From Macrostomum lignano (Eukaryota), in the NCBI GenBank assembly GCA_002269645.1, contig NIVC01001762.1, positions 1-64,000 of the forward strand: a stretch of 64,000 nucleotides of DNA, in the 5' to 3' direction. Positions 1-7,875 of this stretch are shown here, piece by piece. Within the stretch, counting starts at the first letter, position 1, and every line of letters begins with the position of its first letter. The position numbers and the translations under genes were made by a program. The notes below the pieces were generated by a model that did not search any database, was not told the DNA's origin, and saw only the letters and a program-made list of their open reading frames with translations.

Positions 1-225
1 CAATGCGATTTCCTTGCCAACATAGCAACACCACCCAGTGACCAAATGAGCCATTGTGCTGAAGTAGGACAAAAACAAACTTGTTTTCAAAGGAAATTGA
101 TGATCTAAATTTTCTTTTTACATTCAAGGGCAGAGAATTTTTATAGCGCAAATGTAAAGTAACTATGAGAAATTTTGGTAAGGCAAAAATTTTCTGGCGA
201 GATTAAGTAGTTGAATTGCATCCAT
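1..225 (-). pseudogene. Adenain-like (adenovirus/Ulp1-type) cysteine protease, N-terminal part, one apparent frameshift, truncated by the window edge
   Basis: ATG at 225 gives MDAIQLLNLARKFLPYQN; after a one-base shift the frame reads FLIVTLHLRYKNSLP...FVFVLLQHNGSFGHWVVLLCW. GHW plus a hydrophobic strand fits the catalytic-His motif; it lies directly after the hexon. Confidence 0.65.
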
Positions 226-226
226 G

Positions 227-1513
227 TCAATTAAGAGGAATAGTCAGCAAAAGCTCTCGGTGCTTGGTGACCTCAATCAGCGAGTCATACAGGCACATAG
301 CAATCAGGGACACCGCTTCATTCAGAGCCTGTTGGAAGCGAATCTCCAGCCGCAGGTTGCCGCTCCTTCTGTCCGTACCACAGAGCCGCTCCCTCGGGTG
401 TGAGATCGAATGCAAACACCGTGGTGTTGTTGGAGAAGAGCTGGTAGGGGATCCACGGGACCGAGTTTGTGTGGCCTTGCAGATTGACAGCTTTTCAGGT
501 AGTGCAAGTATTCTCTTACGAAGGAATTGTTTTCAGGTGTGAAGGCGCCGTGGCACACGGTTTCCCCACCTTTCTTTAGAGCAATCGGCTAAGGTTGAAG
601 CTCTGGAACTGTAACGGGCTCGCGTGATGATGACCGTTGAATGCTCGGTGGCTCACGAAGGCCAGCATGATGAACTTCGGCAATTTTCCATGAGTGAATC
701 CTTCAATGTTTTTTGACTGAATACCCTGGGGTAGGATGAAGTTCTGCATTTCAGTTCGCTCGATGGGATACAGTGCATTTTGGTTTGTCAGCCCCTGCTC
801 ATGGGCCAGGCTGATGTGGGGCATCACTTTGACTCGGCGAAGATGCAGAATGCTGTGAGAGATTTCCATTCGGTATGCCCGCGTTGTTTGCATTCGGGGT
901 TCTGATGGCAAAGGCCCCATCGCTGGGGACCAGTTTGATGTGCAGGTGCAGATTGCTTAGCAGAAACACTGGGCACTGGAAAACATCGCTGAAGAGCGGC
1001 CCCGCATACTCCATCCATTGGGATTCCCTGTGGCTCTCTCCGTGTGCTCTTCAGCTGCGAGTTCGGCTCCAGGAAGCCAGCAGGGTAAAGTTTTAGTTGC
1101 TGGGCATCGGATGAGCTCATTAGTGCTTTGAAGTACGCATGGTAGGATAGAGCTGGTCTCCACCAGACACCACTCGCTGGTTAATGCTCACAATTACATC
1201 TGAGAAGGCTGTAGACAGAACAAAATTTTCTGGGTGCACGTCACTGTCTCTGCGCTCGGTGATGATGCCATCTCCATCTCGAACATCCTCCCTCAGCAAA
1301 CCCCCATCCAGTCTCACAAGGCGGCAGCGAATATAAAGAAAAGAATTAAGCAGATCTGTATATTCATCGGCAGATTGGTGGCAGTCAAATTCAATGGAGA
1401 GTTTGCAACAATGGAATTAACTGGTGAATATCAACATAAGTAGCTTTTTCAATGCAGGTTTGTAGAACGGGCGTCTTAAATAAATCAAGTCTGGGATTGA
1501 ATCCGTAAGCCAT
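227..1513 (-). pseudogene. Major capsid protein (hexon, double jelly-roll) of Polinton/adintovirus type, at least 8 frameshifts
   Basis: Hexon motifs occur in order across frames: LDLFKTPVLQTCIE, (I)EFD...EYTDLLNSFLYIRCRL, VHPENFVLSTAFSDVIVSIN, YP(Y)HAYFKAL, EYAGPLFSDVF...LHIKL, LRRVKV...LAH...ALYPIER, GKLPKFIMLAFV...AFNG, FVREY, VFAFDLTPE, GNLRLEIRFQQAL...YDSLIEV. Span about 430 codons. Confidence 0.85.
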
Positions 1514-1515
1514 GT

Positions 1516-1892
1516 CTATGACAGAGAGTCGAGCACGCGTTTCACAGTTTTCTTGCTGACTTTTTGCTTTCGCTTTCCTCCGCCTGCTCTATTCTTCTTT
1601 GCTTTCGTCTTCCTATTCTTAAGCTTTTTCCCACTAGCCTTGCTCGACCTCTTACTGCGATTTCCACCAGTTGCCTTTCGGGTGCCCTTCTTTTTCTTCA
1701 ATCGTTTCGGACTTGCTTCAGTATTTCTTTTGCGCCTGACGTTGCTAAGCGTCGAGGCTGATGATGATGATATAGCCGCTGGCGGAGGCTGGTATGTCAT
1801 GATCCCTGGGAAGCTCCCACAGCCATAGAGTGCAGGCTTTTCGTGTCCTGTCCTCACCCCGAATATTGCTGGATTAGCTGCTGGTAGTTCAT
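1516..1892 (-). CDS. Small Lys/Arg-rich putative virion core protein (pVII-like); one G apparently missing in the run at 1857-1860
   Basis: Lies between penton and hexon. The C-terminal half is very basic (KRLKKKKGTRK...GGGKRKQKVSKK). The ATG at 1892 overlaps the penton stop. Restoring one G gives MNYQQLIQQYSGVRTGHEKPALYGCGSFPGIMTYQ... Without repair, an intact ORF starts at 1800. Confidence 0.6.
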
Positions 1893-2706
1893 TGAATGCG
1901 TTTCTCCTGAATTTGAACTGTAAGCAGAACAGGGCTGTGAGTCTGTGCAATCAGTGGGCAACCATAGATGTCCCGCAGCTGAACTCGAATGCTGTGAAGA
2001 AGACTGATTCGTTGAATCGGGAAGAATATTGTTTTCTTAAATATTTTTGTTTGATAGTTGCCCCATTCAATGCCAGCTTTCATTCCAACTGTTCTCAACA
2101 AGGAGCTCCAGTTGCAATTAGTTGACTCAACGATACTGCAGTGCACATTGATTAAGCTGGTGCGCGGGCAGCCAATGCAATGCTCGATACGCGGCTCCCT
2201 GGCTGGATTTTCACAGCCTGGTTTCCAAATCCCAGCCAATGCAGAATTTTACTAGATGGAAGAAACAGCTCTGCTCTCGCAGTGTTGTTGTGCACCACAG
2301 TTCGTGAGTTGCGGATTTCGAACTTCATACCAAATTCCCTGTTGCCACTACGCCCCATCAGGCCGGACTCATCAGCCTCCATCTCAGACTCCCTGTCACT
2401 CATTGCATCAAAGAACAGCGAATCAGAGTTGGCCAGCAGCTCATTCAGGCGCTCCACCAGCTCCTCCACTCTAGCAAAGCGTCCGGGTTGAAGAACCAGG
2501 GCCTCATGCTCTCTTCCATCTGAGACAGTGAAGCAGTAAGGCTCGTCAACATTGAACCATGCAGCAGGCAGATGGATTTCAGCCAGACCTGCCTCATAGT
2601 CCACATTTCGATCCAAGTAAATAGGTGAAGGCAGGTAAAAATTAAAGTCACTAGGAGTACCTTCAGCATGCTCACTGTTAATCAAAATAGTTCGCATTAT
2701 AATCAT
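1889..2706 (-). pseudogene. Minor capsid protein (penton) of Polinton/adintovirus type, one frameshift near 2170
   Basis: N-part FNFYLPSPIYLD...YEAGLAEIHLPAAWFNV (ORF 2152-2706) continues in the -1 frame as SLINVHCSIVES...SLLRTV...FFPI...IRVQLRDIYG (ORF 1889-2239); both halves resemble adintovirus penton motifs. Confidence 0.75.
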
Positions 2707-2734
2707 AAACTACATGATGAGGGCTGTGCCAAAG

Positions 2735-3805
2735 CTAAACCTTTCTTAAGTCTTTTTCATCCACCCAGCCAGTCGAGTCGTAGCCCGCCCATTTCACCAG
2801 ATAGCGAATTTTTCCCTTCCGCTTCTCCGTTTTCAGGATCTTCTCAATCACATACAGCCGCTGTGAGTCCGGGACAGCCTGCAGCTCGTGCTCATGGAAG
2901 AGTCCTCGAATCTCTTGCCCCCGCATGTCTTTAATCTTGTACATGTAGGGATAATGTTTTGGGGCTCTGCTCACCACGGTGTACACTTCCTCACTCCAGC
3001 TCGCTTTGTATCCCTTTTTGAATATCCGTGGAGCATTGGAAATTCTCACTGACTGGTTTTCAGCGAACTTAGGCTTCTTTAATTTTTCTAGAGTCTCGAC
3101 TGCTTTTCCATCGTACAGGTTCATCCACACTTCAGATTCATTCTCTTTGCAGACACTAGTGGGTGCCATTTTGATGCTTCTGTGGTAGGTATTGTTGTAG
3201 GATTTTACCAGCTTAGGCAGCACATCAAGCCAGTGCAGTGTGCTCTTGTAGGTGAAGTAGCGCCACATTCTACTTTTCAGAGTTCGATTCCATCGCTCAA
3301 TGACAGCTGCCTTCTGCTCGCTGTTAGTTGGGAAAGCCAGAATCCCTCTGTCAATGCAGTATTGACGGAAAGTGGAGTTGATAAATTCCTTCCCCTGATC
3401 TGTGCGAACTGTGCGTGGCTGGCGCTTTGAACTTCTCAGTATGCTCTCGAATGCTGACTTCACTTCTGCAGCAGATTTATTTTTCAGTGCCTTGGCCCAA
3501 GCACATTTTGAGAGCACGTCAATGCATGTGAGAATATATTTGTAGCCTTTATTATGCTTTGCGAATGGAATCATTTCCACTAAGTCAAGTTCCCACTGAT
3601 CATCGATTGCGCGCACTATGATTGGGGCCCTTGGATATCGCCTCCTAGCTGGCTTGTGCAGAGTGTGCACTGGCTGCTCGCTGAGCCACTGCTCAATGCT
3701 CTTTGCAGATATTCGATCACCTCTTTGCCTCACTTCATGCAGCAACTTTGAGGCACAAGAAAAACTAGCCGGTTGCTCAGGTTTCAAATAAATTTTCTCC
3801 ATCAT
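2735..3805 (-). CDS. Polinton-type retroviral-like (rve/DDE) integrase with C-terminal chromodomain, intact, 356 aa
   Basis: DDE core: QWELDLVEM, YILTCIDVLSK, VRTDQGKEF, IERWNRTLK. Typical N-terminus IYLKPEQPASF. C-terminal chromodomain YVIEKILK...YLVKWAGY...GWV. Confidence 0.93.
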   Translation of the reverse strand: MMEKIYLKPEQPASFSCASKLLHEVRQRGDRISAKSIEQWLSEQPVHTLHKPARRRYPRAPIIVRAIDDQWELDLVEMIPFAKHNKGYKYILTCIDVLSKCAWAKALKNKSAAEVKSAFESILRSSKRQPRTVRTDQGKEFINSTFRQYCIDRGILAFPTNSEQKAAVIERWNRTLKSRMWRYFTYKSTLHWLDVLPKLVKSYNNTYHRSIKMAPTSVCKENESEVWMNLYDGKAVETLEKLKKPKFAENQSVRISNAPRIFKKGYKASWSEEVYTVVSRAPKHYPYMYKIKDMRGQEIRGLFHEHELQAVPDSQRLYVIEKILKTEKRKGKIRYLVKWAGYDSTGWVDEKDLRKV

Positions 3806-4125
3806 GGGTTTATCAAGATACGTGCCTATCCACCTGCTCTAGCTGTACAGTATTTTTTCTTAAGTAGAAATTTATATTCCAATTAAATGATAGAGAAACG
3901 AGTGGCAAATTAATTTATTACTGTCAGATTGAAACCTCTAACATCGTAACAGTCGGTGTATTTTCCGAAAGCAAACAATCCATAAAAACGAACACTAAAA
4001 CACTCGCACACCAGCATTTCAGAAATAGCAGAGATAAAAAACAGCATAGTGCCGTCAGGCTGGATAATCATGTGCAAGCTAAAAGTAATTTAGTTAGTCC
4101 AATGCATTCAAAGCATTCTAGCTGT

Positions 4126-4902
4126 TCAGTTATCAAAGCGAACATTGGGCTGCAGCCTCATCGCGTCCTGCCGACGAAGTTGAAATGGCAGCTTTCGCTT
4201 CCTGCTGCTGCTGCTCACCGTCGAAGCCGCTGCATGCGCCCTGAACTGATACCACACCGGATCTTCCTCAAGGTTGGTGTCCCGCTGCGGAAGCAGTCCA
4301 GCATCAGAATCAACCGAAGGTATCGGTGTGGATGTGATTGGCTCAGTCACAATGCGCGGCCTTGTGGGCGAGCTAACGTCCTCGTCATCAGCATGATCTC
4401 CGCCCTCATCAGTCTCCATTATGGGCTTCGTGTCCTGGTCAGCCTCCAACTTGAGCTTCTTGTCCTCTTCCTCCTCTTCCTCATCAGACTCCAGCTCGTA
4501 CTGCATTGTGTTCCTCAAGGGAGCCACCAGCTGACCGTCGATCCAGGAGGCGATTTTCCAGAGCTTCTGCCACAGCGGCGGAGTCAGTGGTACGGCGTTT
4601 CGTCTCAAAAACTCCTCGCAGCAATCTTCCGGCAGCCGTTTGAGCCAAATGATGCCGCCTTTGACTTCCACAAACTTATCGAAGCCGAGTTTCACGACCT
4701 TGGGCTCGTTGTTGCGTGCAGAAATCACAAGTGAGCGTTTCACCTCCTTCAATTTCTTCCATTGGTGAACATTCAGGTTGAATCCTGGGACGCCTGGCTT
4801 CAGACTTGCCGTGCTGCCGTGTCGGTAAAATTTGCGAATAGCGATAAATTTTTGTCCTTCAAACTCCTGGACTTGTGCCTTATAGCCTTCACAGATGTCC
4901 AT
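4126..4902 (-). CDS. Protein with two tandem PC4/Sub1-like ssDNA-binding domains and an acidic tail, 258 aa
   Basis: Domain 1 AQVQEFEGQKFIAIRKFY...LKPGVPGFNLNVHQWKKLKE matches the PC4 pattern (V.EF.G...I.IR.YY...LKPG..GI.L...QW..L). Domain 2 LGFDKFVEVKGGIIWLKR...NAVPLTPPLWQKL is a more degenerate copy. Acidic run EEEEEED; basic patch RKRK. Confidence 0.75.
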   Translation of the reverse strand: MDICEGYKAQVQEFEGQKFIAIRKFYRHGSTASLKPGVPGFNLNVHQWKKLKEVKRSLVISARNNEPKVVKLGFDKFVEVKGGIIWLKRLPEDCCEEFLRRNAVPLTPPLWQKLWKIASWIDGQLVAPLRNTMQYELESDEEEEEEDKKLKLEADQDTKPIMETDEGGDHADDEDVSSPTRPRIVTEPITSTPIPSVDSDAGLLPQRDTNLEEDPVWYQFRAHAAASTVSSSSRKRKLPFQLRRQDAMRLQPNVRFDN

Positions 4903-5007
4903 TTTCCTTTCGCAATTGAAAACTCACAAAAGTTAAAAGCTGAGGAAAATTTCGGATGAAATTTTGGATTTGAAAAATTGAGAATTCTTTCTTGTCAATT
5001 TCGGGGC

Positions 5008-5067
5008 TTATATACCCTCGACCGAACCACCCCAAACCACCCATCCCACTCCGGGCTCTGTGATTGG
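5008..5067 (-). promoter_or_regulatory. Pol II core promoter for the Polinton minus-strand cassette
   Basis: Minus-strand TATATAA at 5014-5008 and CCAAT at 5067-5063 with GGGTGG-like boxes between, about 105 nt upstream of the PC4-like ATG. Confidence 0.5.
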
Positions 5068-5108
5068 CTCTTTCGCAAACATTATTTCCAATTACATAGA
5101 TTAACATC

Positions 5109-5650
5109 TTATCTCTGCAGTGTTAACCACCCCAATGCAAAGAGATAGGCCGCCTCTCCTCCTATCTCTGCAGTGCTAACCACCCCCAATGCAAAGAGAT
5201 AGGCCGCCTCTCCTCCTATCTCTGCAGTGTTAACCACCCCCAATGCAAAGAGATAGGCCGCCTCTCCTCCTATCTCTGCAGTGTTAACCATCTCCAGTGT
5301 AAAGAAATAGGCCGCCTCTTCTCCTATCACTCCTGTGTTAAGCAGAGATAGAGCTCATATCTCTGCAGTGCTTAGCCGTCCCCAATGCACAGAGATAGAG
5401 CTCATATCTCTGCAGTGCTTAGCCGTCCCCAATGCACAGAGATAGAGCTCATATCTCTGCAGTGCTTAGCCGTCCCCAATGCACAGAGATAGAGCTCATA
5501 TCTCTGCAGTGCTTAGCCGTCCCCAATGCACAGAGATAGAGCTCATATCTCTGCAGTGCTTAGCCGTCCCCAATGCACAGAGATAGAGCTCATATCTCTG
5601 CAGTGCTTAGCCGTCCCCAATGCACAGAGATAGGGCTCATATCTCCGCAG
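5109..5650. repeat. Subterminal tandem repeats of the Polinton TIR (about 4 x 53-54 bp, then about 6.5 x 47 bp)
   Basis: The two unit types are related and each carries an AGAGATA...TATCTCT inverted repeat. Confidence 0.8.
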
Positions 5651-5898
5651 TGTATTTTTCCCTGTACATTTGCATTGCCGCCTATCTCGCCAGTGCTAGT
5701 GCGGCAGTATCATAATTCGCCCTACTACTGGCACAATCTGCCCTATGACCTCCACACTTGAGATAAGAGAGCAATGCCTTCCTGCTGGAGCTCAGTAGCT
5801 CACTGCAGCAGCCCAAACCCACACACTCAAGTTCGTTCTGATCAATACAAGGTCGAGTTTTTTTAATAGAAAGCTGCTTTACATTTCAGAAATATATT

Positions 5899-6730
5899 TT
5901 GCATAATCCTGCTGTCTGTACAGGAGTTTTTATACTCAGCAACATTAGTTTGCATAATCCTGCTGTCTGTACAGGAGTTTTTATACTCAGCAACATTAGT
6001 TTGTATAATCCTGCTGTCTGTACAGGAGTTTTAATACTCAGCAACATTAGTTTGTATAATCCTGCTGTCTGTACAGGAGTTTTTATACTCAGCAACATTA
6101 GTTTGTATAATCCTGCTATATGTACAGGAGTTTTTATACTCAGCAACATTAGTTTGTATAATCCTGCTGTCTGTACAGGAGTTTTTATACTCAGCAACAT
6201 TAGTTTGTATAATCCTGCTGTCTGTACAGGAGTTTTTATACTCAGCAACATTAGTTTGTATAATCCTGCTATATGTACAGGAGTTTTAATACTCAGCAAC
6301 ATTAGTTTGTATAATCCTGCTGTCTGTACAGGAGTTTTTATACTCAGCAGCATTAGTTTGTATAATCCTGCTGTCTATATAGGAGTTTTTATACTCAGCA
6401 GCATTAGTTTGTATAATCCTGCTGTCTGTATAGGAGTTTTTATACTCAGCAGCATTAGTTTGTATAATCCTGCTGTCTGTATAGGAGTTTTTATACTCAG
6501 CAGCATTAGTTTGTATAATCCTGCTGTCTGTATAGGAGTTTTTATACTCAGCAGCATTAGTTTGTATAATCCTGCTGTCTGTATAGGAGTTTTTATACTC
6601 AGCGGCATTAGTTTGTATAATCCTGCTGTCTGTATAGGAGTTTTTATACTCAGCAGCATTAGTTTGTATAATCCTGCTGTCTGTATAGGAGTTTTTATAC
6701 TCAGCAACATTAGTTTGTATAATCCTGCTA
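5899..6730. repeat. 51-bp minisatellite, about 16 copies
   Basis: Unit TTAGTTTGTATAATCCTGCTGTCTGTACAGGAGTTTTTATACTCAGCAACA (17-aa periodicity in the spurious ORFs). Confidence 0.95.
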
Positions 6731-7629
6731 TCTGGAGCAGGTGCTGATAACTGATAAAGTGCTGATAAATGCCATTTGAAGTTATCAGCACCAAAGGTGA
6801 TTATTTTGATTAACTTTACTTATTAGACAATTTTATTTTATTATATATTTAAAACAAAAATAGACAAAAATCATTTAATCTAATACTATAGCAACTATGC
6901 TTGGAGTATGATATTCAGATAATAAAACAAACTTTTAAAATCAGCTTTTAGGGCCTATTGTCAATCAGAGGTTGGCAAACTCCAGCCTATAGGCTAGAGC
7001 TAGCTTACTATATCTTTAAGTCTGGCCTATAGCACTCTTACTAATTAACAATATAAAAGTAGCCTATAAATCAATTTTTGTATTGAAACATTTAACTTTA
7101 TAAAGAAAATTAGCTTTTATCCCATCATTCCTATAAGACTATGAGTTTTGATTATGAAGTTGTTGGTTGTATTAGCTTAAATTGTCAATTTTTTTAGCAA
7201 AATACCTTTAGGAATGGATACTGTCATCAAAAAGATTTTTTCCTACATAGGCATGATATAAAGACTAGGCCTATAGTAGTCATGCATCCTAATGTACATT
7301 CATAGTGAACATTAGGATGGGCCTATTATTAGGCCTAGACATATGGCTATAAATTTATCAAGGCATAAATCAAGATATAAATAGATAATCAATGCAAAAT
7401 GCAAACTTTTTTTGGGAAAAATGATATGATAATGATTTTTAATTAGATACAAGATGTTTTAAAAATAAAAATAAGTTACATTGTCATTAAAAATAAGTTA
7501 TTAACGAAAGTTATAAATACAATAATAAATTTACATTACTGCTTAGGCTGGCAATCTTCTAGTTTACTGTGTTAAATAAATTATTTGCCTACTTTCAAAA
7601 TTTTTAGCCTACCTACTGACTGCCCATAT

Positions 7630-7875
7630 GGCTAGGAGGCCTAGAGCACCAACTACAATCACCAACTTTACTTTGTGGACCCCCACAACTTGACTATCCA
7701 CACAAACACCATTGAGAAGTCTTGGGCATATGTCAAGGCCAAATTCAGGGCGATGTATGGCACCAGCAATACCCTGTTTGAGACCCACCTCAATGAGTAC
7801 CTGTGGCGCCGCCTCTTCCCGAAAAAGGAGCTTGGGAAATTCCTATATTGGGTTGTGGCTGTGCATTATTATTGA
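7630..7875 (+). mobile_element. Merlin (IS1595/ISXO2-like) DNA transposase C-terminal relic
   Basis: NHQLYFVDPHNLTIHTNTIEKSWAYVKAKFRAMYGTSNTLFETHLNEYLWRR matches the Merlin NH..FVDP..G.HTN.IE..W...K......G.......YL.E..WR pattern; the upstream frame is broken by a stop. Confidence 0.72.

Larger units (their letters stand above)
1..5729 (-). mobile_element. Polinton/Maverick (adintovirus-like) element, right arm; runs off the window start
   Basis: Co-oriented cluster of Polinton-type integrase, penton, hexon and adenain-like protease. Candidate terminus ...CCCTACTACT at 5729 (AGTAGTAGGG on the minus strand), matching the AGTAGT-type Polinton end. pPolB and packaging ATPase are not in the window and are presumably upstream of base 1. 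Confidence 0.9.

Noticed and set aside
2735-3805. LTR retrotransposon or retrovirus pol
   Set aside because: No RT, RNase H, gag or LTRs; no HHCC zinc finger evident; neighbours are Polinton virion genes.
4072-4734. 220-aa plus-strand ORF
   Set aside because: Antisense shadow of the PC4-like gene with no recognisable motifs.
5886-6794. Long periodic ORFs here and at 22160-23055, 30376-32283, 41018-42468, 45224-46339, 48088-48899 and 57425-61733
   Set aside because: They are translations of stop-free minisatellite or microsatellite frames lying in introns or intergenic DNA.
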